This document shows positions 13,238 through 27,784 of a stretch of 64,000 nt of DNA, piece by piece. The notes under the pieces were generated by a model. It saw only the letters and a program-made list of their open reading frames with translations, was not told where the DNA came from and did no database searches. The stretch comes from Octopus sinensis (Eukaryota), in assembly GCF_006345805.1 (NCBI RefSeq), contig NC_043010.1, forward strand, positions 2,976,001-3,040,000, read 5' to 3'. The position numbers and the translations under genes were made by a program. Position 1 is the first letter of the stretch, and each line of letters begins with the position of its first letter.

Positions 13238-14079
13238 GATATATGAATTCCTCTATTTACCATATATACATTTCTCTATTTACCATATATAATGTTGCAT
13301 AAATAAATTCCACTATTTGTTGTCCTTTTTTAATTATTATTATTATTATTATTATTATTATTGTTATTGCACACACACACACACACACACATTTAAACAT
13401 ATTGAATCTTACAATTTGTTTGCTATGAACAATATATAATAATCGTTGAACAATTTTTTTAAAATTCTGACAAGAAATTGTGATATAATAATATCAAATT
13501 GAGACAATATATAAATATATTCTTTGTTTTTAGGTAAACGAACATGAATGAAACAAGAGCTTTTAAAAATTAAGTAAACCAACAAATAAATAAATAAATA
13601 TATATATATATAAATATATATATAAATAAATACATAACTGAATCAAACCATTGTCACGGGGTATTTTCTTGAATGGTTTTGAGATTATCAAAACAAATGG
13701 AATGAAAACAGATCTTATAATTTATTTTATTTATATATAAAGGATATAATTTATGAGTGGAAAGATAGGTCTGTGTGTGATTGCTCAAGGTCTATGAATA
13801 ACAGCACTTAAGCATCCTCTTAAATAACAACCTACTGTCTTAATAAAAGGAGGATACGTCGGATAATGTTGTATTCTTAAAATATGGTATGTTTGAAAAT
13901 TACACAAAAAAAAATAAAAGGAGAAAATAACCCCTTGACTTGAATCCAGTTGATTTGCCTGCTCTATTGATGATGAGCAGGGATTAAACAAAAACAACAT
14001 CAGTAACATCATCACCATCCTCACCACCACAGTGAAAACTACCACCACCACCAGCAGCAACAACATCAACAATAGCAGT

Positions 14080-14232
14080 GGAGGCGCAATGGCCCAATGG
14101 TTAGGGCACGGACTCTCGGTCGGAGGATCGCGGTTTTGATTCCCAGACCGGGCGTTATGTGTGTTTATTGAGAGAAAACACCTAAAGCTCCACGAGGCTC
14201 CAGCAGGGGGTGGTGGCGACCCCTGTTGTACT
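14080..14232 (+). mobile_element. tRNA-derived SINE family C, 5' part
   Basis: A box tggcccaatgg at 14090-14100 and B-box-like ggttttgattccc at about 14132. Confidence 0.8.
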
Positions 14233-14234
14233 TG

Positions 14235-14600
14235 TGAAGGACTTGTGATGACTTGGAAGAAATGAAGCTAGCATGCTCTGCTGGATGGGTAATGTCAGTG
14301 TTCACGAACAACCGAGTGTAAATGATTTAAGAGGAAACTGGGTGTAAGAGACATCAGATGTTGTAGACAAGAGAGAAGACTGCAATGGTTTGGTCATGGG
14401 ATGCATAAGGATGAGGACAGCTGCATAAAGAGGTGTTGAGCTCTATGGTGGAGGGTACCTAGGGAAGGGACAGACCCAGAAAGACGTGGGACAAATAGTG
14501 AGAAAGGTTTTTTTCAGACACAGGACTTCACTGACAAGGGACCAAGAGTTGCGATTTGCTGTACTTGAGAAGATGAGTCAAACTAAGTAAAAGCACTGTC
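14235..14600 (+). mobile_element. Degraded RTE ORF C-terminal fragment
   Basis: QERRLQWFGHGMHKDEDSCIKRC followed by a GRPRKTW-like block (cagacccagaaagacgtggg). Confidence 0.7.
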
Positions 14601-14926
14601 ATCCATACATACAGACTTGTCTTTTGCAATTGCCAGTGCTACATGAGTGCACCTATGCTGTATATATGCGAGATAACAGTTTCACTTTAATAGTTTCAAT
14701 ATTAAAGTGAAATTATTAAAGTGAAAATATCTGACATTACAATAGAGAGATGTTATTGTTTCACTTTTGACACAAAATACTGAAATAGTGGAGGAGATAT
14801 GATATTGCTCTGGGCTCGCACTAGGCAAGAAGTTAAAAAATGTTTTCACCTATGACACTACATGGACCCTAAGGAAGGCATGTGTAAAATTTGAATGGAA
14901 TTGGTTGTGTAGTTCTCAAGTATTAT

Positions 14927-15026
14927 NNNNNNNNNNNNNNNNNNNNNNNNNNNNNNNNNNNNNNNNNNNNNNNNNNNNNNNNNNNNNNNNNNNNNNNNNN
15001 NNNNNNNNNNNNNNNNNNNNNNNNNN
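14927..15026. other. Assembly gap (100 N, true size unknown)
   Basis: Run of exactly 100 N. Confidence 0.98.
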
Positions 15027-15787
15027 AAATATAAGAAAGAAAATCCTAGAACAAATGCAATTTCTTAAAAACCACAAAATGATGCTGTGTAAACTTGTAA
15101 ATGTTTAAGTATGACCAGTTGAACACTGCGAATGAGAGACAGTCACAAAAGTATAAAGCTGAAAAAATTTAGGTTTTTTTTGCCTAAAAGATATTAGAAT
15201 AAATATGAAACAAAAATGGTATATATATGTATATATAAATATATATAATATATTCTCTCTAAGAAGACTTGTAAAAGTCAAGAAAACAAGAATTATGAAT
15301 GTTACTAACTTAACTTTAAGCAAATCAAAGTGAAAGACAGGAAAACATTTCTGGAAACTCACTCACCGATGCTTGTATATCTTATCCAGAGCATTGCTAG
15401 TCGAGGTGTGTATCCTGCTGTAGAGTTGTTCGGTTGGTTGTACGTTGAGTGACTGCTGCTGTTGTTTGGTGTTCTATGGTGTAATGTGGTGGTGGTGGCG
15501 GCGGGGGTGGGGTGGGTAGAGATGGTGTGGCGGCGATGGTGTGCTCCGTAGCTCAATCTGTTTGTTCTTTGTTGTGTGTATATGTGTGTGTGTGTGAGGG
15601 TGGGGATATAATTGACTATAGGAAGAATCTGTGATGCTAGCAAATAAAACTGTGTGTGTGTGTGAGAGAGAGAGAGAAAGAGAGACAGACAGATAGAGAC
15701 AGAGATAGAGTTTGTGTTAGTATGCCTGTGTGTGTGTGGAAGTTTGTCAGTGTGTCTGTGTAACTTTGTATCTTTGTAGTCACACTA

Positions 15788-15822
<35 letters not shown>

Positions 15823-16485
15823 ATGTATGCTTGCATTTCCAAGCATTCTATAAATGTGTATGCATGGGTGTACGTCTATTTGTGTGTCTTTGAGGCTGAG
15901 CATTTTTTCCACATGGTTCATGCGTGTATGTACATGCATGTGTGTGTGTGAGTGTGTGTTTGTGAATTTATGTTAGTGTGTCAGTGTGTCTACTTTGTGT
16001 CTGTGTTGTCATGCCATGTGTGTGTGCTTGCATTTCCATGGATTGTATATATACATATGAATGTGTTGGGGTGTCTATGTGAATTTGCATGTATATGTAT
16101 ATATGTGTGTGTGTGTTTGAGACTGTGTATATGTATTTTACATTTGCATGTGTGTGTATAAATGCTTGTGTGTCTGGGTGAGTCTGAATGAGTTTCTGTG
16201 TACATTATTATATATATATGCTTGTGTGTGTATATGTGTGTATGCGCACGTGTGTGTGTTTGTGTGTGTGAGTGTGTGTGTGTGTGTAGGTATGTGATTT
16301 TGTTCAAGCATGTGTATATATGTATGTTTTCTAGTGTGTTCCTATGCATATATCTGTATATGTCTATGTGTGTATTAGTATGAATGTATTTGAGTGTTTC
16401 TGTGTATATAGTTATATACATATATATGCACATATATATGTATGTATAATCCGTACACACATATATATATGAATAATTATATGAA

Positions 16486-16522
<37 letters not shown>

Positions 16523-16600
16523 TATATATAATATAATATATATATATGATGATGATGATGATGATGATATATATATACACACACACTCATATATGTGTAT

Positions 16601-16634
<34 letters not shown>

Positions 16635-17027
16635 ATATAATATATATATATATAATTTGTATAATAAGTATGTGTGTGTATGTTTCTGTGTTTGTATCTA
16701 TGTGTGTGTGAACTTGAGTGTGTATGCTGTTTGTGGATCCTGGAAGAAATAGGATTTCAGGATATCATAGAAATAAATTTAATGGAGAAATGTTACACTC
16801 ATTCCTATTGAACTATGAATGAGTATATGCACACAACACAAACACATGTAAGATAAGTGCTAGAACAATCTGACACGGTCTGACTGGCATGTATGTACAT
16901 ATATGTATACACACACACACACGCATATATGCATATATGTATCATATGCATATACATATGCATATATGTATCTGTGTGTGTGTAGTGAGTGAGAGATAGA
17001 TAAATTGATAGATAGATACATCTATAC

Positions 17028-17063
<36 letters not shown>

Positions 17064-17269
17064 ATATATATAAATGTATGTATATATATGTATGTATGTA
17101 TATATGCACATGGAATACGTATATGTGCATGTTTATGTGCATGTACATATATATGTTTGCATGTGTATACATGAACATAATTACAGATAACTTGTGTCCG
17201 CATGTTAGTGTATAGATACATACATATATACATATATACATACATATCAAAAAGCAAAAAAGGGATCAA

Positions 17270-17512
17270 ACGTCCTTCTCAAACCATAAGCTCAGAAGGG
17301 CTGGTTTCCTAGATTCTGTGATGTATAAGTTCCTCCAGGATGGGTTGGCTGTCCATAGCAGGATTACTCACTTTTGCCAGTTGAGTAGTTTGGAGTATCA
17401 TGAAATGAAATGTTTTGTTGAAGAACACAAGACATTGTCCATTCCAGGAATTGAAACCACAATCTTAAGATCATGAGTGTGCAATACTCTTACCATTAAA
17501 CCACATGCTTCC
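17270..17512 (-). mobile_element. tRNA-headed SINE (family C-like), degraded
   Basis: ttgaagaacacaa...ccaggaattgaaaccacaatcttaagatcatgag...accattaaaccacatgcttcc resembles 32620-32946. Confidence 0.7.
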
Positions 17513-17577
17513 ACATATATACATGCATATATAAATGCATACACACTCAAACACCAATACATGTATATGTATAAATT

Positions 17578-17950
17578 TGTGTCAGTCATTTGACTGTGGC
17601 CATGCTGAAGCACTGTATTTAGTCGGAGAAATTAAGTCCAGGACTTATTCTTTGAAAGCCTGGTACTTATTCTATTGGTCTCTTTTGCCAACCTGCTAAG
17701 TCACGGGGACATAAACACGCTAACATCAGTTGTCAATGGTGGGAGAACAAACACACACACATATATATATATATATACACACACACACATTTGATGGGCT
17801 CCCTTCAGTTTCCGTCTAGCAAATTGACTCACAAGGCTTTGGTTGGCCTGAGGCTATAGTAGAAGACACTTGCCCAAGGTGCCATACAGTGGGACTGAAC
17901 CTGGAACCATGTGGTTGGGAAGCATGCCCGTGTCTACACACAGCCATGTC
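17578..17950 (-). mobile_element. SINE family A
   Basis: gtcagtcatttgactgtggcc...gtgggactgaacctggaaccatgtggttggg. Confidence 0.88.
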
Positions 17951-18474
17951 TGTACATGAAAATGTGTGCGAAAATTCAAAGTAATTCAATGAATCTTACA
18001 CACATATATTTACATGTACGAGTATATATATTCTGATGGATGTATTGGAACAAATGTGCAACTCATCTATTTGTATGTACATACGTGTATATGTACATAT
18101 GTATCTATGCATCATATACTTACATTCCTAGGCATGCACATACATGCATATATGTACATACAGACAGATTAACTGACCATAAATTTGCATAGATGTGTAT
18201 CTACAGGAAAATGGATCTTAGTTGGTTTGACTATGAGGTTTCAGTTGTTTGATCAACTAAATTACCAATCTCATTGAATTAACATGTAAGTGGTCGAACA
18301 TTCCAGACACGTGTACCTTTAATGTAATTCTCAGCCAGAATCTGCTTAAACACAGAGAGCGACAAGTCTGTATCTTTCAGTTATAGCTATGATCCATTTG
18401 ATGGGCTTCTGTACAGTTTCTGTCTACACAATTAACTATGTATTTATGTATGTATCTGCATATGCATTAATGTA

Positions 18475-18948
18475 TCTTTTACTTCTTTTAGCTATTTGAA
18501 TGCGGCCATGCTGGGGCACCACCTTCAAGGATTTTAGCCAAAGAAATCAACCTCATGATTATTTTTTAAAGCCTGATACCTATTCTATCAATCTCTTTTG
18601 TTGAACCTCTAAGTTACAGGGACATAAACACACCAACACAAGTTGTCAAGTGGGTGAGGGACAAACACAGACACAAAGACACACACACACATATAAATAT
18701 ATATAAATATATGTATATATATATACATATATATACATATACATATATATATATATATACACACACATGTTTATATATATATATATAACAGGCTTCTTTC
18801 AGTTTCTGTCTACCAAGTCCACTCACAAGGCTTTGGGTAGCCTGAGGCCGTAGCAGACAACACTTACACAAGGTGCCATGCAGTGGGACTGAACCTGTAA
18901 CCATGTGGTTGGGAAGCAAGCTTCTTACAACACTGCCATACTTGCTCC
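18475..18948 (-). mobile_element. SINE family A
   Basis: Same tail, body and head blocks as 6114-6523. Confidence 0.85.
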
Positions 18949-19904
18949 TATTATATGTATGTATGTATGTATGCATGCATGCATGCATGTATGGATGGAT
19001 GTATGGGTGTATGTATATGGTTGTATGTGTGTTTGTGTGCATGTATGAGTCTATATATGAATGTATGTATGAATGTATCTATGTATGCATATATGTATGC
19101 ATGTATGTGCGTATGTATGTGCGTATGCATGTGTATATGCATATGTAAGTATGTAAATGCATATGTAAGTATGTAAATGCATATGTAGATAAATAAGTAC
19201 ATATATACATGCATACATATAGTCATGCATGCATGCATATGTATGTACATATGTAACAGCTGTTGACTCGTTAGCCAACTGTGACTATCACTGACAAATT
19301 ATCTTTCTCTCTCTTTTCTTTTAATAACTGTGGGACCTACAATGGCTTTTAAAGTCAACAAGTGACTTACATTCTTCTGTAGAAGCAGCAGTCATATTCA
19401 TAAGTTGCAATTGGGTACCTGTTCTGCCCAGCACCTTGATTGTGAAAATGAAAGTGCCTTGTGAGTCTAGATGGTTGGAAATTTGCTTACCTCATCAATT
19501 ACATATAGAATTAAAAGAAAAGGATCGAAGGTCCTTCTTAATTGAAACCACAATCTTACAATCATGAGTGTAACACCCTAACCACTAATCCACATTCCAC
19601 CACATAGCAGATTAGATGTATTCAACCTGGAACCTTTCAGAGTGCTTATATAGAGTACTTCTGAGGCCAGCTGGTGAGGCAAACTCATTCACATTCATAC
19701 ATACATACATACATGCATATGTTTGGTTGGATGGTTATAAACTTTATAGTAAAATCACAAAATCCTGGATTCAATCTGAATACCTGGTATCTCAGGCAAG
19801 TATCATTTACTGTTATCTGAGATAGACATCCTCTTTGTCAAACTATATGTATGTGTGGGTATGAATCTATGTATGTATATATACATACATATATATATCC
19901 ATAT

Positions 19905-20275
19905 CATCATCGTTTAGCGTCCGCTTTCCATGCTAGCATGGGTTGGACGGTTCAACTGGGATCTGGGAAGCCAGAAGGCTGCACCAGGCCCAGTCTGATT
20001 TGGCAATGTTTCTACGGTTGGATACCCTTCCTAGCGCCAACCACTCCATGAGTGTAGTGGGTGCTTTTTCCATGCCACTGGCACAGGTGCCAGACGGGGC
20101 TGGCAAACGGCTACAATCGGATGGTGCTTTTTATGTGCCACCGGCACGGGGGCCAGGCGAGGCTGGCAACAGCCATGAACGGATGGTGCTTTTTACGTGT
20201 CACTGGCACGAGGCCAGTCGGGGCGGCGCTGGCAACGGCCACGTTCGGATGGTTCTCTTACGTGCCACCGGTACT
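19905..20275 (-). mobile_element. RTE 3'UTR copy with four internal units of about 65 bp
   Basis: Tail catcatcgtttagcgtccgctttccatgctagc plus a repeated gtgctttt(t)atgtgccaccggcac unit, flanked by TA-rich tracts. Confidence 0.85.
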
Positions 20276-20276
20276 A

Positions 20277-20307
<31 letters not shown>

Positions 20308-20636
20308 ATAAAAAATATATATATCAGCAAGAAGCACACTAAAGAACAGAGCAGTACTTGTTACAACAAAATTATACATCTTGGACATAGAATTACCCAA
20401 GGTTTTGCATCCACAAAGGCTTGTGAACAACTTATTAAACTCTATATAAAAACAAAAATTTAAATTTCTACATCACTGATGTGAGGAAATCTATTTCTGA
20501 GCGTTTCCTCACATCTGTGACATAGAAATTTTAAATTTTTGTCTTTATATAGTGTCTGACAAGCTGTCCACAAGGCTTTGGCATTGTGGATGTGAAGCCT
20601 TGGATAACTATGTCCAAGATATAAAATTTTGTAACG

Positions 20637-20754
<118 letters not shown>

Positions 20755-20871
20755 ATATATATATATATATGTATATATAGTTGATACATGTGTAGATACA
20801 TATGTGTTTTGTGATTGTGAATGAACTTCTAATCTATTCAACCTTGCATACACACAAACACACACACACAT

Positions 20872-21380
20872 ATAAGGCTGAAAGGCATGAGGACAGAAAC
20901 ATTTCTCTTTGGTAAGGCTCTCTTTGACTTCTTCAAGTTTCACTTGTAAAGGAAATTGCGAGTGGAGAGGGAAGTGCTGTCCTCGAATGAATTTATCGAA
21001 AGGTGGGTGAAAGTTGTGAAAATGGCAAGAGTGGATGGTACCTCTCTAAGTGTAGAACTGTGAGTCAGAGAGAAGGAATTGGAGAGGGCACTTGCTCCTG
21101 GGGTTTCAGAGAAATCTCGGATAGTGGAGTTCCTTGATTATCCCTAGAGGCCCTTCTGTATCAGGAGGACCCCAACTCTATTATCCTCCCTGACACTTTT
21201 TTTTAACCTTTGTATGCTTTGTCTATGTCCCTTCTTTTTCAGTGTATACTGTGTATATTTAATTTCTTTCTTTCTTACCTTCTTTTTTTATATCATTTCA
21301 TTATATGTAAACACCCACACTTTATGTCAGTCTTTGTATCGTCCCCCACTCATCCTTTGCCCTTGTGGCAAATAAATGAA
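20872..21380 (+). mobile_element. Probable L1/Tx1-clade LINE 3' fragment
   Basis: RLKGMRTETFLFGKALFDFFKFHL*RKLRVEREVLSSNEFIERWV...SVEL*, then a T-rich 3'UTR ending in aataaa. The clade assignment is from memory. Confidence 0.55.
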
Positions 21381-21429
21381 GTTATTATTATTATTATTAT
21401 TATTATTATTGATGATGATGATGATAATG

Positions 21430-21695
21430 TTGCTGTTATTCTCCAGCATAAATCTTTTATGGCCGGGTTTTGTGTAATTATGCCTCACCTCTTACTTGCA
21501 CCTCAGAGGCACATTACCTCCTTCAGCACGTGAGCTGTTCCAAGCACTGCAGCAATTTGTGCACTCCCTGATATATCTGGTATGTCTAAGACCTCAAGTA
21601 TTGCACCCAGATCCTTTGAAATTGTTCCAAGTGCACCAATTATTATTATTTCCATTTCACTTCTCATAGCTCTTGATTTCACATTCTCCAACTAA
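21430..21695 (-). mobile_element. RLE-type (R4/Dong-like) LINE 3' end, fragment 1
   Basis: IIIGALGTISKDL...AQIAAVLGTAHVLKEVMCL* is a typical RLE C-terminus. Confidence 0.75.
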
Positions 21696-22400
21696 TAATA
21701 CAATAAGAGCAGACAACAACCTGTTTTCAAGGATCTCACAGGGTCTCTTTCCACAATAATTGACATCCTAGTACCAATCTCAAAATACTTTCTGTCTCCA
21801 ACAGACAGTTTTCTGAGCATCTTCTACCATCATGTCAATCCCAATTTACTCAACAAATTACTCAAATTCGGTTGCTAATTCTCCCAGTACCCCAACAACT
21901 GCTGGGATGACAGTTACTTACATCTTTGCCCACATTCATGCAATCATATCTTTTAGTGGTTTTTTTACTTCTGTCTTTTCCAGTTCTTTATCATCCACTC
22001 GTACTTCCCCAGGTATGGCAATATCAATGATTTTGGTTTTCCTTTGTCAGCTACAACAATGTCTGGTCTCCAAGCATCAATCACTGAATCACCCTGGATT
22101 GTAAAATCCCACAAAATTTTGTACTTATTCTTCTTGGTGACACCTGATTGATGCTCAAACCATTTCAATGTCTTCTCAAACAGTCTCCAGTGGACAAACT
22201 TAGTTAAGTTATTGTGCATCATTTTGTATTCTTTTTCAGCCAGTTTGCTACACTCACTCACAATATCTGAGACTATTTCATTTTTGGTTGCCACACACCC
22301 AACAAAGGGGCAATTCATTACTTTTATCTATTTGGAATTTGGTGTAATTAGTAATCAGAGTTTGTTCCTGAGCACTTCCTGTCAGTGCCTCAGTACAACC
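21696..22400 (-). mobile_element. RLE-type (R4/Dong-like) LINE, degraded zinc-knuckle and endonuclease fragment 2
   Basis: IVSECSKLAEKEYK..HN...VHW...KWFEH...KILWDFTIQGD..I.AWRPDIVVADK, then a frameshifted VIPAVVGVLG...AQKT. Confidence 0.85.
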
Positions 22401-22410
22401 TTTCAGGTCA

Positions 22411-22495
<85 letters not shown>

Positions 22496-22606
22496 GTTAT
22501 TGTTGAATGAAAGAGCAGTGCATGCCATCAAAGTGACACTGGGCTACAAACATACAAAACCAAATATATAAACACACATATATGTACATATATACAAACA
22601 TATATT

Positions 22607-23121
22607 CTGTAAATCCTCGAGTATAGTCCGCCCTTGAGTATAATGTGCAGGGGATTTTTAGGGGCTGTACCTCTGGAAAATTTAAACCTTGTGTATAATA
22701 TGCACCCCTTCTCTAACTTGAGTCAAGGAGGTCTATATAATGTCCTGGGTTTGTAAAAATGTATACTGTAAATGTCCCTTTATTATTATTGTATATATAA
22801 CATAATGCAAACATGTCTTTTTTTTGTGGCATTTTTCTTTGCAGAAAATAAAGAATAACAGTAAGTAACGTTTAATAATTGTTGCTTACCGCAAGTTATG
22901 GATGATTCTTTTATGACTTCATTGCTTTCAGGCTTAGCTTAAGGTATTTTCACGCCTGACATCACAAAATGCATCTGAATAAACATTGCCAGACAGCAAA
23001 TAGAGACTCGGACATTGCTTAGAAAATGTTATTCATTTTTAACCTCGTATATAGTACGCACAAGGGATTTTGACCTTTAAATTTTGGGGAAAAAATGCAG
23101 ATTATACTCAAGGATTTACAG
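22607..23121. mobile_element. Tigger/pogo-like MITE, 515 bp
   Basis: TIRs ctgtaaatcctcgagtata (22607-22625) and tatactcaaggatttacag (23103-23121) match at 18 of 19 positions. TA follows the right end. Confidence 0.85.
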
Positions 23122-23382
23122 TATATATACACACATATACATGCACACCACACATGCACGCATCCAACCACATACACATATATATATATATACATATGTA
23201 CAAGTACACATATAGTGATTAATCATTAATTCACATACACCTGTACAACAATACCTGCACACAGAATAACAGCACATGGATTCACATACATATATAAACA
23301 TACAAATACACTTGTATGTAAATGAACATGTATTTTTACACAGTCTAATGTTGCATGCATTTACATATATGAATACATATAC

Positions 23383-23800
23383 TCCTTTACTTTTCTACTT
23401 GTTTCAGTCATTTGACTGTGGCCATGATGGAGCACCGCCCTTAGTCTAGCAAATTGACTCCAGGACTTATTCTTTGTAAGCCTAGTACTTATTCTATCAG
23501 TCTCTTTTGCTGAACCGCTAAGTTACAGGGACGTAAACACACTAACATTGGTTGTCAAGTGATGTTGGTGGGGACAGACACAGACACACAAACATACACA
23601 CACACACACAGACACATACATATATATATATACATATATACGATGGGCTTCTTTCAGTTTCCGTCTACCAAATCCATTCACAAGGCTTTGGTCGGCTCGA
23701 GGCTATAGTAGAAGACACTTGCCCAAGGTGCCACGCATTGGGACTGAACCCGGAACAATGTGGCTGGTAAGCAAGCTACTTACCACACAGCCACTTCTGC
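23383..23800 (-). mobile_element. SINE family A
   Basis: Full tail-to-head match. Confidence 0.9.
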
Positions 23801-24584
23801 ACATATACATGAATGCACATACTTATGAATTCACATGTACATATATGCATAGCTGCACTTTCATATACACAGAACAATTGCACTTTTGCATAACTTCTAC
23901 AAAATAAGTTTACCATTCTTCATATACTTCTGCCTCGTCTCTTTCTCTCTTACTCACTCCTCCTCTCTTCTTCTGTGTGTGTGTGCATGTGTGTGTATGC
24001 CTATGTATGTATATATAATATATATATATATATATATATTATTTATGCATATATATTTCTATGTGAATATATGCATGTATATATATATGTATATATTTAT
24101 ATATAAATATATACACATATATATTAGATATGTATGTATAAAATATATATGCATACGTATGTAATATATGTGTCTGTATACATATATGCATGTAATGTAT
24201 TTATGTATGTTTGAATATTTTTAAATTTTCATTGAGTTGGCTTATATTTGCAAATATTATTTGAAGTATTCTTCCTCAAAACAATTCCATATTTTGGTTG
24301 GGTGATGTTGCCATTTAATAGCAGTGAAGGGATCGATGGAGTCGGTGGTATTGACAGAGTGAGTTTATGAAGAGTTTCCTGAGTGTTTATTTACAACAAA
24401 TATAAAACAATTGCCGATAATCAGAGAAACAAAATATTCCTTAATTTAATATTTATTGTTCTGAGATAATGCTACATAATTCTATTATTATTACATGTGT
24501 ATGCGTGTATAATTGTATACATGTGTGCATGTGTCTGTCTATGTTTATACATGTATAATACATACATGTATGCATATATTAATT

Positions 24585-24629
<45 letters not shown>

Positions 24630-24689
24630 ATATATATATACATATATATATATGTATATATTTGTGTATAATATAATGTATATATATTT

Positions 24690-25120
24690 CTTTTATCTTT
24701 TATTCTTTTATTTGTTTACTTGTTTCAGTCATTTGACTGTAGCCATGCTGGAGCACCGCCTTTTAGTTGAGCAACTCCACCCCAGGACTTATTCTTTGTA
24801 AGCCTAGTGCTTATTTTATCTGTGTCTTTTGCTGAACCACTAAATGATAGGGATGTAAACACACCAACACTGGTTGTCAAACGATGGTTGGGGACAAACA
24901 CAGACACACAAACACACACACACATACACATACACACACACACACACAGATACACAGACAGACAGACAGACACACACATATACATATATATGACAGGCTT
25001 CTTTCAGTTTCCATCTACCAAAAGCTATAGTAGAAGACACTTGCCCAAGGTATCACACAGTGGAATTGAACACGGACCCATGTGGTTGGTAAGTAAGCTA
25101 CTTATCACACAGCACCTATA
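24690..25120 (-). mobile_element. SINE family A with an internal deletion
   Basis: Tail and head match; the ctcacaaggctttggtcggcccga block is missing. Confidence 0.88.
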
Positions 25121-26286
25121 TGTGTATGTATGTATGTATGTATGTATGTATGTATGTATGTATGTATGTATGTATCTATCTATCTATCTATCTATATATA
25201 TATATATATATGTATATATACACACACATACATGCTTACATATGCAGATATATAGATATATTTTTGTAGGAGTTTGATTGAGTAATCCATATATACATGA
25301 TGTATGTAGATTTGCAACATATATATATAGAGAGAGATTATATAGATATAGATATATATATGCCTATATGTCTATACACGTACTCATACACCCACATACA
25401 TGTGTGCATCTATGTAAATGAATGAAACAGCAACAGCAATGAAAGTTTTGTGATAATTGAAGTTTTAATATTTAATGAGATGCATAGAATCGTGGAGATG
25501 TCAGAGCATTGGACTAAATTCCTTGAGGTATTTAAAGTTTCATTCTAAAGGTAGTGCTCCAGCATGGTCGTGACCACATTGTCTAAAACTTGCTATGGAA
25601 GTTAAAAATATGCTCTAATATTCCAAGTTCAAATCATCTTGGAACCAACTTTACCTTCTTTTCATTTGCATCAAAGTGTTGTAAGGGCAGGCACATTTTT
25701 GTAGGTACCAGAAATACAAGGATTCACACGGCATGAAAAGGGGTCAATTAATCAGCTTTATCTTTTTATCCATGAGTGAAAGCATGGCTTAGCACCACCC
25801 AAGAATAAAGTTAAAAGAAAACAAAAACAAAAAATGAGTAAAAAAAATCAATACTTTTTTTTTTTACATGTTAAACATTTAACTGAAAAATATAAAGCAA
25901 CTTGTTTCAAATTACAGGATTTTAAATAATTTATTTACTTTTACATTTTATTTTTAGTTTTTGATAAATTTGTAAAATTGGCAGTGGTGGTGGTGGTTGT
26001 GGTGGTGTTGAAACAAGTAGCATATTATTTTATTATTACAACTATATGAGTGAGGAATGTGTATAGAGAGGAGGGTGTTTTTTTTTTTTCCTGCGAACAA
26101 TAGATTCAAAAGTATTCAATTTAATGACTGCGGAGGAGATAAAATAGCTTTAAGAAAATGAAATTTGGTGCAAAGATTGAATCGCAGTTCTTGAAATTAA
26201 ATCAGATATTTTACTAACTTGAGTGCTTTGGTTTGTGAATGCCATATCAATGATGCAATTATAGGTTCAATGCTAAGACTGGGTTG

Positions 26287-26336
26287 TTATTATTGTTGTT
26301 GTTGTTGTTGTTATTATTATTATTATTATTATTATA

Positions 26337-26392
<56 letters not shown>

Positions 26393-26415
26393 CATCATCA
26401 TCATCATCATCATCA

Positions 26416-26469
<54 letters not shown>

Positions 26470-26491
26470 GTAGTAGTAGTAGTAGTAGTAG
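26287..26491. repeat. Compound triplet microsatellite (GTT/ATT/CAT/AGT)
   Basis: Read directly from the sequence. Confidence 0.9.
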
Positions 26492-27196
26492 TTTTACTTC
26501 ATGTATTTTTTTAAAAATAAATTCGTATTTCCACTTCGCAGTACAGATATATTTTTGAAAATGTAATTAAAATACATTTTTTCGAATGGCTGGTCATCAG
26601 AGATACTGGCTGATATATGAAGGGAAGACTTACTATTCTTGTATGAATATGTAATGTGACCGAATTATTCACCCACACACACACATTTGTATGTGTGTGT
26701 GGGGGGGATAAAATAGTCACAGGTGTAGCTGTCTGATTTAGCTTTTGAGTCACATGCTCGGGGCTTTTGTTTTGAGGGGTGTAGAACCACCTCTTAACTG
26801 CCATTGTTCCCAGCTTTACTCAGACCCAGAACAGTAGCGCCTATTGGGGTCCAAGCTATGAGTGAAATATCATGTGAACAACTGGGAGTAAAGGACCCTT
26901 AGTTTTCATTAGACTTCCTTCTAGGAGAGGGTAAATTTGTATAAAAAATCTCAAAGTGCAATTGGATTCTGGGTGACACAACTTCTCTTGTGCCACTGTT
27001 TTAATAGCTGATTGTGCTGAAAGTGGGTTCAGTGCTGTGCCACCCTTTATCCACTCAAAACAAATTTGTGTGCAAGAACTTCTTGCAGTCTTGGAATGTT
27101 TGCACAAATGTACTGAGTTTAGGCACTGGTTTTACTTGGTCACGAGTTGACTTCCACCTTGTACATAGATGCATGTATACGTGTATATATGGGTGG

Positions 27197-27250
<54 letters not shown>

Positions 27251-27706
27251 GTGTGTGTGTGTGTGTGCATGTATTCTGAACCATTGAATACAGACATGTC
27301 TGAATAACTGTTTCGGAATTATGAGGTCCTGGGTTTGATCCTGTTCTCGGGAAATGTTTCTTACCATAATCTTGGGTTGACTCAAGCTTTGTAATTCTTC
27401 GGAAGTCTGTCTGATGAATCCCGCTTGTATATCAAAGAACCGAGTCTCGTCATACACATTCTGTGATGCTGATTTTGGCTGGTAATTGTATTAAAAGTAT
27501 GCGTCTGTGGAACTAACTTAATACAGATAATTCAATTGATCGAGCACTTGGAAGATTCATCATCAAAACCAACAGAAGCTCACTTCATATATACCTGTAT
27601 ATATATACATACACATATATACACATGCATACACAAACATGTGTATGGGTGTATTATATTATGTATTTATATACATGTATTAATGTATATATATATATAT
27701 ATATAT

Positions 27707-27784
<78 letters not shown>

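Noticed and set aside
14080-14150. tRNA-like sequences (also at 33055, 32870-32946 and the SINE-A heads)
   Set aside because: Each continues into a SINE body and lacks a complete cloverleaf and a terminator, so these are SINE heads and not tRNA genes.
26990-27140. Island with several open frames and a CAESGFS motif reminiscent of the hAT dimerisation domain
   Set aside because: The match is too short, and there are no flanking hAT motifs or TIRs.
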